In this document: piece by piece, positions 49,263-60,313 of the stretch | How positions within the stretch are numbered: the stretch's first letter is position 1 | Layout of the letters: each line of letters opens with the position of its first letter | Source of the DNA: Tricharina praecox | Taxonomy: Eukaryota | Assembly (NCBI RefSeq): GCF_024521635.1 | Contig: NW_026250406.1 | Span: 620,001 to 684,000 of the forward strand | Length of the DNA stretch: 64,000 bases | Reading direction: 5' to 3' | Position numbers and translations under genes: made by a program | The notes under the pieces: generated by a model | The model's database searches: none | Seen by the model: only the letters and a program-made list of their open reading frames with translations | Told to the model about the DNA's origin: nothing

Positions 49263-50005
49263 GTTGCGAGGGAGGGCGTCGAGCGAAGGGAGTCGGAGCT
49301 CGTAGTTACATTCCACCACGCTGCGTTGTGAGATACGGGAGGAATCATCCGGGAGTCCGCTGATGGCTCTGGGTGTCCCTCATTTCCAGTAATGGTAACC
49401 TGTTCTACCAAAGGTATGTCGGAAACAGCCGCGGATGACCCCGAAACTGCGAGCGTAGTGACGGAAGCTGTCATGGAAATACTCTCTGCAGCACCGGCAA
49501 GGGCAGAACCCCCCGCCTCTACATCAATCTCGTCTAGAGCCTTGCGGTAACGCCCGGCGGCCCATTTACCCCATCCATAAGCGGCCATTACAAGCAACAC
49601 CAGCGGGGGTCCGGCGATCAAGAGGGCGTTCTTCAACATCATGTTGATGGTGTCTGCGGGACCGTGGTGACGAGCTCGAGAAGCTGTACTGTTATGTAGA
49701 GGCCTGCCACGTTCGTTAGGATTTTCAAAACCAGCGCAATAAAATCCATTTACTACGCGCGGGTGCGCGTGCGCGGAAAACTGACTGGTTGAAGGTGAAC
49801 TGGTGCGTGGCGGGAGATCGTCAACGGTTGAACGAATGTCAGTACACCCTGCAAACAATGTAAGCGTTTGAACCAGAATGACCGCACAAAGACCTGCGAT
49901 GATGAAGCGATTATGGTGGTATTTTGTGCAGGCGCTGGAACGACTCTTCGGAATTGAGTGCGACGGTGAACTTGAGTGATACCTAAGATGCGAAAGCGGA
50001 GACAC
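49247..50005 (-). CDS. Hypothetical membrane protein (252-codon ORF, two hydrophobic segments); start uncertain
   Basis: FIIAGLCAVILVQTLTLF and ALLIAGPPLVLLVMAAYGWG followed by basic residues. The ORF opens with GTG rather than ATG, so it may be a pseudogene or lack an upstream exon. Confidence 0.4.
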   Translation of the reverse strand: MSPLSHLRYHSSSPSHSIPKSRSSACTKYHHNRFIIAGLCAVILVQTLTLFAGCTDIRSTVDDLPPRTSSPSTSQFSAHAHPRVVNGFYCAGFENPNERGRPLHNSTASRARHHGPADTINMMLKNALLIAGPPLVLLVMAAYGWGKWAAGRYRKALDEIDVEAGGSALAGAAESISMTASVTTLAVSGSSAAVSDIPLVEQVTITGNEGHPEPSADSRMIPPVSHNAAWWNVTTSSDSLRSTPSLATASTL

Positions 50006-50210
50006 TGTGGTCGTTGTTCAACTTTGCGATGTTGCCGGCGGAGTGGGTTCGGGTTTTGTAGATGTGTGTGTGCTCAAATGCTCAGTAAAACGGCGTACTG
50101 ATCATTAGCTACTATGAAGTAGCTCCTAACACGGGTTGTATCTTCTGTGTATGGAGACGCCAGCGAAGAGAGGCGACGGAGCGAGGATTCAGGTGCGGGC
50201 TGGTGCTGTT

Positions 50211-50342
50211 GATGGGAGTGTGGTAGTAGTTGATGGGATTGTGGCGGCCGAAGATGGGAGTATGGTGGCACAAGATGGGAGTGCGGTGGCACAAGATGGC
50301 AGTGTGGTGGCAGAAGATAAGAGTGTGGTGGCAGAAGATGGG
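50211..50342. repeat. 21-bp tandem repeat (~6 copies; minus strand encodes LPSSATT-like heptads)
   Basis: GATGGGAGTGTGGTGGCA(C/G)AA units within ORF 50189..50485. Confidence 0.8.
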
Positions 50343-51837
50343 TATGGTCCTGTCGGAAAGTAGAAACGGTCTGGCATGGCACCAATATAATGGTAGCAGA
50401 GCACAACACCCCAGGTAACCGCTAAAGATACCTCAACACCGTCCAGCAGAATAGAGGCAACTCCGAAGAAGATGATCAATTTCACTAATCAAGCTACACT
50501 ATGGCACGACTTTACCGGCCCAGTAATCTATCGCCGACTGACGGCTTTCTTCATTTCCGAATGGTTTCAATACCAGGTATAGCTACATAGGTTCGCCAGC
50601 ATGGCCGTCGTAAATAATGGAGAAGCAAATGAAATTCAATCAATCCACACCATAGCTCTGTAAAACAAATACAATCTATGGAGCCACTGCACTGGTCCCA
50701 CAAACCCAGCCATTGGCACCAGATGGAATCTTTATACAAGACACCAGCCCTCAAAAAGAGCATGAACAACAAGGCCCGTAGCGTCCTTCTGGCCGTTATC
50801 TGGCGGCTGGTCTATCCATTTCGTTTCCTCCTGATATCCGCCAATCTCGGACTGTCCACTTCCCGCTATTATGGTTTGCGTCTGCCGGTGTACCGTATTC
50901 CCAAGGCTTCGGCGGCAGAAGTGCAGCCGCTTTGTTAGAGTCGGTACTGCCAGGGACGATGCTGACTAGGCGCTCATTCTCCACGAAAGAGTATTGCTGT
51001 GTTTCCCACAGTGGCGGGGTTATGTACATAAGATATTGCGTCGCCACGGGGCTTCGAGTGTTGCAAGTAACTGTCATTGTGTTCTGCCTAAACTTGCGAG
51101 TCGGAGTCCGATGAGACCGTAAGTGCCAGACTAGATAGCAAACGGCAACCCAACGACCTACAGTTTATACAGCTCTTTTGCGACCGTGAGGCTGTATAGC
51201 CACTTGCAGACGCTTCCTTTAGTCAGACAAAGGATCCGCAGTGTGGCTGTGTGAGGGCCCCAGCGGGGTGCCGTATCAGCAGTCGCGTTTGGCGCAGTAG
51301 GGGGAAGAGGGAGAATCAGGCCAGAACCTCTAACAATTAGCCGGTTGAAATGGCCACACTGGTTTAAACAGTTCTGTTCTGGTTCATTTTGTTCCCAGTT
51401 CAGTTGGGAACAGAGGCTGTTATTTCCCAGTTGGTTTAGATAAGTCTGGCAGTTGTTCACGGGAAAGCTGGCAGTACTGTCAGTTCAGCGAATGAACTGC
51501 CAGTTCAGGTAGGGCCTGGCTAGGGCAGCCAAAGTGGGTGAAAGAAATTCTAATAGGCACGGAATGAGCGATAGAAGATGGGCACAGTACTACTAGTTTA
51601 TAATTACTACTCTGATGCTACCTACCCATGGGAGTACGGCGATTGAACCCCTTGATACTCTCCAGAGCTCCAGCGCACTCGGTACTTAGGGAATGCCGAT
51701 GATCAGTAAGAATTATCTTGCACTCGGAAAACGCCCGTTAAACCCAAGAAGACAGGGCTAGGATTGCCCGGCTCAATCTCTATCGTCGGCGGGGTCCACT
51801 TATTCCAATCAGTGGCATTTGAAGAATTCGTCAACCC

Positions 51838-51930
51838 AGAATATCTCATTATTCTATTTGCTAGAATATCTCATTATTCTACTTGCTAGAATATCTCATT
51901 ATTCTACTTGCTAGAATATGCCATTATTCT
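51838..51930. repeat. 25-bp tandem repeat x3.7
   Basis: AGAATATCTCATTATTCTACTTGCT; copies 2 and 3 are identical. Confidence 0.9.
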
Positions 51931-52088
51931 CCGTTCTTCTTCCCCCTTCTCCCATCATAGGTAGAGTGTATGGGTTAACAAAGGTATGAAATGTTCGTGG
52001 CACATATTTCTGGCTGACTGCTTCGTAATATTGGCGCGTGAAGAGGACACTGGAGCCCGATAAACGGTGGACACAGTGTGGATGATGA

Positions 52089-53330
52089 ACCAGATCATCT
52101 GTCTGGCAAAACACCAACACAGGACCCAGGTCCCATTGACAGTCATCTACCAGATCAACTGGCGGAAATAGGGCTGGGTATATACCCAAAGCCAAGGATC
52201 TAATCAGAGTCAATCCGCGACAAAGTCAGGTCGTGTTAACATCAAAGGTGGTAGCCCGTTATCGCAGGCGCAGCGCCGAAGGCGTCCACGTTCCAGATGT
52301 CGCCAAAGGGACTATAGTAACCCGAAGAATATCAGCACATGCGGTCAAAAACATTGTCAGGCAAGCAGAGACAACGTAAAGGAACTCACCATAAAATTCC
52401 CCTTTCAGAATCGGCCAAAAGAAAAGTTCCTCGTGTTGCGGAAGATAGTACCATTAGTGACCATCTCGCCGTTGGGAAGTTTGATATTGTTGTCCTCGAC
52501 CAGGACACGGTAACCCTCGGCGGACAGCTTGGTATCGGCGAAGCTCAAGATGGTTTTTCTCGCCTTCGCCAGATGCACACACCATAGCCCTTTGCGGCCG
52601 CCTCCGCGTCTTCAAGCTTCACTCTGGCGGCGATCCAGTGTGCAACAGTCACAACCATCTCACGACGGTTGGTGTTGCTCCTGAAGGCGACGCTATGGAT
52701 TCGAGCATAGTCCCGAAACCCCGCACCCCCGCACCCCCTGCACCACGATGGTCGTGAGGTTGGGCCCAGCTGGCCCATCCTCATCGCCGCCGCAGTGGTG
52801 TCAGGCCAGACCAGATCAACTGGCCGGCCAGACACCAAAGGCAGGACCTAGGTCCTTCTGGCGGACATTGACCAGATCAACAGGCAAACATCCCGCGGAG
52901 ATAGGCTCCAGGTCCTGCTGACGGCCGCCTACCAGATCAACTGGTAGGCATCACCTTTGGTGTTGCCACTAAAGGTGGGGAGGCGTCCACTTCCCAGTTT
53001 CCCCGAAGGGACTAGAAAAACCCGACAAATGTCAGCACATGAAGTCAAAGACATCGTCAGACAAACGGAGACGACGTAGAGAAACTCACCATAAAATTCC
53101 CATCTCAGAATCAGCCGGCGACGGCCGGCCGGATTCTTCATAATGGAAGCGTAGTGTCGCCACCGCATTCGATTCCTGTGTGCATGGCGACGTGGAATCT
53201 TCCGTCTCCCCGTCCAGATTGAATTGGTCCACGGCGTGCTGAATCTGCTGTGCGTAGACTGGCACACTTCCCGCAACCCATAGGCGTACTCTGTGGAGCT
53301 CGCCACCGTCTCATATTAGCGCGCTCCGGG
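52089..53330 (-). pseudogene. Decayed gene with a duplicated intron-exon block (52089-52415 and 52810-53115) and PVDLV peptide repeats
   Basis: Two homologous 78-nt introns (52312-52389, 53012-53089; GTGAGT..GCTGAY..TAG) exactly 700 bp apart, both splitting DSE.GILC|PFG. ACCAGATCA motif x5. In-frame stops. Confidence 0.6.
52432..52578 (-). pseudogene. Internal fragment of NAD-specific glutamate dehydrogenase (Gdh2/GdhB type)
   Basis: VHLAKARKTILSFADTKLSAEGYRVLVEDNNIKLPNGEMVTNGTIFRNT fits the fungal NAD-GDH segment LAK.R..I..FD.SKLS..GYRVLV...NV.LP.GE.V.NG..FRN.FHL (recalled). C/G-ending codons. Similarity stops on both sides. Confidence 0.8.
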
Positions 53331-56300
53331 CGGCGCCACGTAGTTATCAGCGGGAACTAGTCCGATATTGATCGGGTGGAAGGATGATTGTGTAAATCGG
53401 GCCGATTAGGTTGAGTTGCAAAAAGCGCCGTTGGGAATTGAATCGTTCGGCGGCGCGGGAGGGTGAAGTTGCATGGCAGGTGATGGTGGTGATGCTAATC
53501 AGGCGGGATCCGTATTTACATCTTTGCGGAAGGGATGCAGGTGTTGAGCGTATTACATACCGAACGGGTGAGAGGTAGCGATTGAATTGAAGGCGCTGAG
53601 CTTCACGCTCTGCACACCAGAAGCGGACCAACCGCAGTTCTGAAGGTGGTCGAATTGTCGGTCGAATAGATTCGGCCCGCCCTCCTTGGGCACCTAAGTG
53701 CCTTGTTGAGCTCCGAAATATCGAGCTCAATTGCCGGGTCTTGGTGCCTACACGGCACCAGCCGCATTCGTCAGGCTGCTACTGATGCTGGGGATTGAGA
53801 AAGTAGGGAGAGTCAAAAGGTTCTCCTTGTGCACCAAAGTGCTGTATTGAGCTCCGAATAGATGAGCTAAACTACCGCGTTTGGACGCCGGCAGCGGACC
53901 AGCCGCAGGTGACTGTCCGGGTTCTGAAGTTCGAGGAGGTGTGAATAGGGATAGATGTGGCAGTCGAGAAGTGAAGGTAAGGGGGGTGATAGTGGGGGCC
54001 GGGGCAAGCCCGGCATCTCTGGCAAGAACCGATTAAACTTGGTCGTTACTGCGTTGTAGAACTCGTGGGTGTTGTCGTTGGAAGCGGACCAGCCGAATGT
54101 CTCGGAGCGGTAGTCGTCGTGATGGTAGTTGTGATAGTGGAGGAGGTAATAGTAGCATAAATAATGGTGGAAGAAGTGTGAGTGAAGAAAGGAAGCGGGA
54201 GAGGTGGTGGTGGGACGGAGGGGGCTTTTGTTGGGGATTTTGGGGGCTGTGGGTGCCTTGATTGTGGGACTGTGACGGTGCGACTTTTGAATGAGGCTAG
54301 GGCTCGTGGATGATAATCGGTACGCCGTCCGCCTCTCACTACATATGACGCCGTATCGTCTTTCGAATTCTCTAGTCTATGGTAGATGGACAGCGGATGT
54401 CAGCACTGCCAAACCTTAGTGATTGGTTTCCTCGCACAAACCGGAAGTGAAGACGATCCAGGTTTCTTCCTGTGGAGTGGTTAGATATCTGCTAAAGATT
54501 TGCCTTTGCGGTCTCCGCTGAAATCGTGACGCCCTTGGTCTAGTGTGTTGAAATGTCCGTGGAATCCAAAGAGGCCATGCAATGCAACAAACGACTTTCC
54601 CCCAGAGAACCGCTTAGATACAGAAACTGCCACTCACCTCACAGTTTGTCAGTAAGTCTTCGCAGAATGTGTCTTCCTCTCAAGACAGGTGATGAGAACC
54701 ATTTCCAATATCCGTGTTTGTACAAGCGCAGTGTTGATGAAAGATAGTGCTATCGTCAGTTCTGAAGATCTCTGAAGAACCAATGATGCGGCTAACGTGT
54801 CGCATGATCTACCCCGAGTAGACACTAGAGCTGCATTCACTCACTTGAAGAGATGTCACGACCGCGTTTTCGTCGGCGGGTTGAGCCTCGTGGCCGATAG
54901 GAGCAAAAGAGGCGGAACGCAATTTTGGGGTTTGAAGTGGCGGCGTCGCTCTAGGTGCTCGTGATAAAGTTGATAGGTGAAGCGGAGGAGAACGGCTGCT
55001 AGTTTTCTCTTCGGTGTTGAGACGGGTAGAAAAACGTATGAACAGAGGAATTGCGGGTACAGTGCGATCTGAATTATGGAGGTAATAGTACCGTTGAATA
55101 GAAGCGATGCAGGCTGTAGGACGATCCCCGTCATTCGTACGACAGCAAGGACAAGCAAACGAGTGCGACAGGGAGAGGCATTCACGCGTGGTGGCAGGCT
55201 GATATGAATCACTTCCCATCTGGCTCACGATACGACGACCCAGAATCTCAAAAGCGAGTAAATTATATTGAGTGGACTGCGCACGGTTGTGTTCCTTCTA
55301 GGACATTCAGAATTCATCAATTCGCACCACCAATTACCCGCTACTTAGGCTCATAGAAGATCTCTGAACATGGACGGCCTTGTAAATGACTCGGGATTTT
55401 TTTATGCCAATACATAACCGTCACCACCATCCATGACTTCATCGTGTGCAGCTGTTTCCCCTTCTGTATTGTAACATTACCTATTTCGCTAGAACTCTAC
55501 AGGGGACAATAGGTTCCCCACCCTACCTTCAACAGCCCTACAGCGTAATCGAACGGCTAAGGGCTCGCTTGCATTCCTAATCGACTGGGGTCATCCTGGA
55601 TAGCCCTACGACTTTACCGATGGGCGTAGGGTTCGCCTGCAACCCGAATCGGCTGTGTGAATTCCGGACAGATCGTGTCCTGAATCACCAATCACTTCGA
55701 GGTGTTCAATCATGGAGCAGCCGGCGTCGCATGCATTCTGTGAGATAAACTGGCGATACCCCAAAATTATTCGGATGATGGTGGTAGGAGTAGTCAAAGA
55801 AAAGCCAACAACATACTCGTTCTATAGATCGAGCCTGAATTACTAGTCTGCAGTCGCGGCTCTTCGTCAGGAAGCAGTGTGATATTAAAAAACAAGAACT
55901 GTCCTCAGTAGAATAAGAAACACCAACAGAAACAATACCGGGTAGGTCAGCGGCAAGTCGGAAACCATAGTCCGGAAGCCCCACGGAAACCAAGAAGAAT
56001 AGAACCGACAATGCTGGAACTCATGCGACTCGGGTTGTCCTGGTGATCGAGCAAGAGAGCCTACTCGATTACTACTATCCAGCATCCCCGACGCACGCGA
56101 ACTGGGCATTACTAGTCGGGGGAATGTCCGCTCGAACGACATTGGAATATGGAACGATTAATGAATCGATGGGAAGGTATAATAGATTTTGCTACTAATG
56201 GTAGTAGAGCCTGAAGAAGGCGATCATTTGACATCAGAGTGGACCTTTTCCTTCGATTAGAGAAGCATTACGTGTGATTTTCAAATATTACAAAGTCGGG

Positions 56301-56337
56301 GCCCTCAATTCATAAAGCCTCACATGTACCCCCCGAT

Positions 56338-56859
56338 TTAAAAGATCCAGGGTTCACCGTCATCAGAAGAGATATCCTCCTCACCAGAAAAGTCAACCTC
56401 GTAATAGCTATCCCGAATCCTATCAACCCAAGCCATTTCATCTTCCTCGTCGTTGACGACGTTTTCCTCCTCCTCCGGAACAGCGTCTGGTCCGACCAAA
56501 ACTCCAAGTCTCTGAGGGACGCCCTGTTGGTTGAACCAGGTACGTACACGATCCGGCGCATCGTTAACGGTGTATCGCATCGTGACTATGGTTTTGTCAG
56601 AGAACACCTGGGCTAAGGGTAGTGTGAACCAACCATCGGGAGAGATGGGGGCCAGAGGGACGTTGATACGGACACGCTGGTAGCCGCCCACGTTTCTGGC
56701 TGCCAGAAAGCGGCGGGCTCGGTCGATAACGAAGGTGTAGAGGCTACTACCGAGAAAAGCCATCACGATCGAGGCAACGAATCCGACCTTGAGGACGAAC
56801 TGAAGGGCCGCGATAACCGAGGAGGCGAACCTGCGAACGACATGATAGAGCTGAAGCAT
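56338..56859 (-). CDS. Hypothetical protein (173 aa; N-terminal hydrophobic region, acidic tail)
   Basis: ATG directly follows an intron acceptor (GCTAAC..CATAG). Protein-like composition. Upstream exons are possible. Confidence 0.55.
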   Translation of the reverse strand: MLQLYHVVRRFASSVIAALQFVLKVGFVASIVMAFLGSSLYTFVIDRARRFLAARNVGGYQRVRINVPLAPISPDGWFTLPLAQVFSDKTIVTMRYTVNDAPDRVRTWFNQQGVPQRLGVLVGPDAVPEEEENVVNDEEDEMAWVDRIRDSYYEVDFSGEEDISSDDGEPWIF

Positions 56860-58138
56860 CTATGTACATCACGGTTAGCATTCCTTCGTTAGAGCGAAGC
56901 TGAAGTTTGAATACTATTCTGTTGGAAACAAATGTGAGATCTGTGAAGGCGATATGGGTGGCTTCTATTACAGAGTTAGCTGTTGAGGGTAGAGGCGAGG
57001 AGTGAGGTTTGCATACCGATTGAAGCCGTCGGAGGATGTGAAAGATGGGCTGTCGGTATTGTCGTAGTTGATTCAGGATGTGGTAGGTAAGCTGTGGAAG
57101 TTGTCGTAGTTGATGGAGGATGTCGTAGGTGGGCTTTGGGTGTTCTTATAGTAGACAGAGGATGGTTTGGCCGATCGGATTGTGTCACCTGCGTCTGAAT
57201 GTGGAGCCTTGCAGTCAACGCCGTTTGAACGTCAGAAACCCCCATTTCATCCATCCCGCTGCGTTTCCAAGCGTCCTCATGCAGTGTTCGACATGGTCCA
57301 GTCCGTCTGTCCTGAACCTCGAAATGGAGTGTAGCTTGGTAGTCCCTACAGGGGGGTCAGTGTTCGGACGGCCTACTCCGAAGAGAAACAATCGAGAGCA
57401 GGACGGACTCCTGCAGTCGACTGTAGTCAAAGACCGATAGTAAATGAAGAATAATCTCACGTGTCAACTGCTACATCCGCTCCCTAGTCACGGCAGAGGT
57501 AGAGAAGCAAACACTCAAAGCTGCTGAACAGCATTGCGTAGTGAGACCCAGTCTCATCATTGTTTGAATGACGACCATGACCGTCACTACCGGAACTACT
57601 CAAGGAGGGAGCTTTCAGCACCCTACTGCATGAGGAACCGACCCGCAAAAAGTGCCACCCTCGCCTTCTTGTAACTACTCCGACTATAGATCCCGATTCT
57701 TCTAATTGACCAGGCATCGACACAGCATGACTACCTATTCCCCTGTCTCTTCATCACCACCACCCTCTTTCTGAAACCCATTCCCATCGGAGATGCAGTA
57801 GTATTCCTCTTAGTAGCTGCCCACGGCTCCCCAATCGTCACCATCCTCCTCGCCATCTTCATACCGCTCAGTGACTTCGCTCTTTATGCTCTTCCGACTA
57901 GTACAATCACGGAAGCAACTCGAGCTCTCCGAGCGTTTTTAAATCGTTTATCTATACCATTCTGGTAAGCAATGTAATACACCTTTCACACTCATGGGAG
58001 GGCTGTCAAACGTTCCTGCGAGGCAAGGCCAGCATCTCGTAGAGTATGAATCCAATCCCATGGGCAGGGTAGAAGTGCAACATAGAGGGGTTCTTACTGA
58101 TGTTCCCCCCGTTCTGACAGTAAGGTGAACCAACCGGC

Positions 58139-58366
58139 TCAAACGATCTCGCCGATGGATCCGAAGACCTCACGGATGAGAATGGCGCCGTCGATGAACG
58201 AAACGAATACCGATATCAGCATCGCGTAAAGAACCAGGCGGAGACTCGGAGGGTGAGCACCGGCGGCGTTTTCGAAAACACTGCTAGCTTGTGTTTCCCT
58301 CGGAAGGAGCCGAAAAATCCGTATTTGTCGGTGTGGAATGGCGCCGGCCCTCTGCGCCCGGGTCAT
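58139..58366 (-). CDS. Hypothetical small membrane protein (75 aa)
   Basis: ATG at 58366 after a C/A-rich leader. Hydrophobic LVLYAMLISVFVSFIDGAILI. Confidence 0.3.
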   Translation of the reverse strand: MTRAQRAGAIPHRQIRIFRLLPRETQASSVFENAAGAHPPSLRLVLYAMLISVFVSFIDGAILIREVFGSIGEIV

Positions 58367-60034
58367 GGAAAACAATGAGAGGGGAATGGTGTGTGTTGGT
58401 GGAGTGGTTGGCTGCGTATGTGGGCCGACCACAGCAGAGACGCATCCGGCTATGTACCTATCCCAGGCATTGTTAGCTCTCAACTACGTGCTTTCAAAGG
58501 ACTACTAGGAGAGTGCCTACGCAAATCCCCATCCCAGCCCTCCAATCGCAACACATCGACTCCTCAATTCAACACCGCGACTCCTCCATGCTAACAACTT
58601 CACCTGTCTATAACGCTTTTACTCTCAAGCCCGCTGTCATAGAAGAATCCTACCATTCGCTGAGTTACTTCAGTATTCGGATCCCCACGCCAAATCGGTC
58701 GAAAAATCCTTCTGTCGATTACGCTACGCTCGCTGCCCCTTCGGATTACGACCGATTATCGCTTCACTTGAGCTCAGGATATGCTTGATGGGGTTTCATT
58801 TCTCATTCAGCTCAGCAGGGAGGTGCCAGCTACGGTGAGCTGTTTGAAACCTGGATGAAGGAGGTAGACCGTAGCTTCCGCCAAGCTACCTGGATTTCAG
58901 TCGCCGCCGTCGCCCGCCGGTTTATTTTTGGGACTGTGTATTGCGTTGAGTATATCTCTCCAGTTGGCGAGTTTGTGTTTCAACTGCTCATTGCTAGCCG
59001 CGAAGCTGAGCACTGCTCCGTTGACCTACGTTTGGTACCTACGTTTCGTCGGGAAGGAATGAGCTCTTCGCACAACGGCAGACCTCAGTCGGAGCCCGAC
59101 AGTCTACCCGCCGGTATCAGTCTGTCCGATCGCAGTCTAGAACAGTATACTCTAGTATTCACGTCTGAACCTTTCCTGCTTCCCCGGGTACGGTATGGGT
59201 TTTCTGCTGGTACGTGAACCGGGAAATTGGGCAGTGGATTCGAATTAAAGCTGACGTATGCACAGCTCAGGACCACACGAGGCGGATAGACCAATGTCTT
59301 CTAGAGAAGACGACGAGCCATATATCTACGGGGTTATACACTTGAAGTCAACCTGCATGTGCGGGGAACAGGGGTACGTTCTCACCATAGAGACATGCAG
59401 AAACGTCTACCTTTTTCTGCAGCCATGCTAACCGCCGTCCAGTTATGATATCCAATTAATATCCGGTTATTATAATCAAAGAAGGAGCTGGGACTATCTG
59501 AGCTACGTCGGTAGCCCTCGCCGGCAAGTTTTATTCGCGGTGTTTGACGGCATCAGCGAGTGACATCGTGTGCACAAATGCAATATGTGGCATGTGCTCT
59601 CGGAAGATCCACAGACGGGTCGGAAAGTGCATTCGGTCTTCTACATCAGCTCAGACGTGGGATCACTGCGAGTGTTGTCTTTCAAGGGACCACAATCGAC
59701 AGTCATAGGAGCCTGCCGTCACCGCCCCGGGGTAAAAGGGGATCGAACCGGGAGCTTCGGTTGTGGCCCCTGGCCAGTGGAAGATGCAGGTATAGGATAT
59801 GACGGCGTTAGAGCTGTACGGTGCTTGCAGCACAAGGGTCGCTCAAGCAGATGGCTCGGTACATGATGGCTTCTTTAAAGCAGGTCAAAAAGGGCGGCTA
59901 CATTCCGCCGGCTCCACCTTCTTCGTTAGTTCCTATTTCGCAACCAGATACAATACTGGGGAAAACTGGATACAACCTGAAACCTCAGCAGGATCCCCCA
60001 ACGATATATCACCAAGTCGAAAACATCAATCCAC

Positions 60035-60313
60035 CAGTGTTCTACATAGACCAGTCCAGACAAAATTTGGGTATGGTCGGGTCGGTCGGGATATATCCCG
60101 ACCAAAAGAAACTCTGGCCTGGTCGGTCGGGCTATATCCCGAACATAAACTTTCAGGTCGGGTCGGGATAGGTCGGGCTAAGAAACAACATTTGAAGCCG
60201 GAAATGCTCTAAAAAACGCTAGAAACTAAGGAATGTTTTGCGGCTGATAGAATTAGCAGTTAACCTGACGTCGGCCGACATGGGCCGACCGGTCTTGTCT
60301 ATGTAGAACACTG
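60035..60313. mobile_element. hAT-type MITE, same family as 38121-38366, opposite orientation
   Basis: TIRs CAGTGTTCTACATAGAC / GTCTATGTAGAACACTG and perfect 8-bp TSD CAATCCAC. Internal AATGCTCTAAAAAACGCTAGAAACTAAG is the reverse complement of the 38.2-kb copy. Confidence 0.93.

Noticed and set aside
51317..51517. CAGTTC-rich block with CAGGCC/GGCCTG ends
   Set aside because: Looks like a transposon subterminal region, but the TIR is only 6 bp and there is no TSD.
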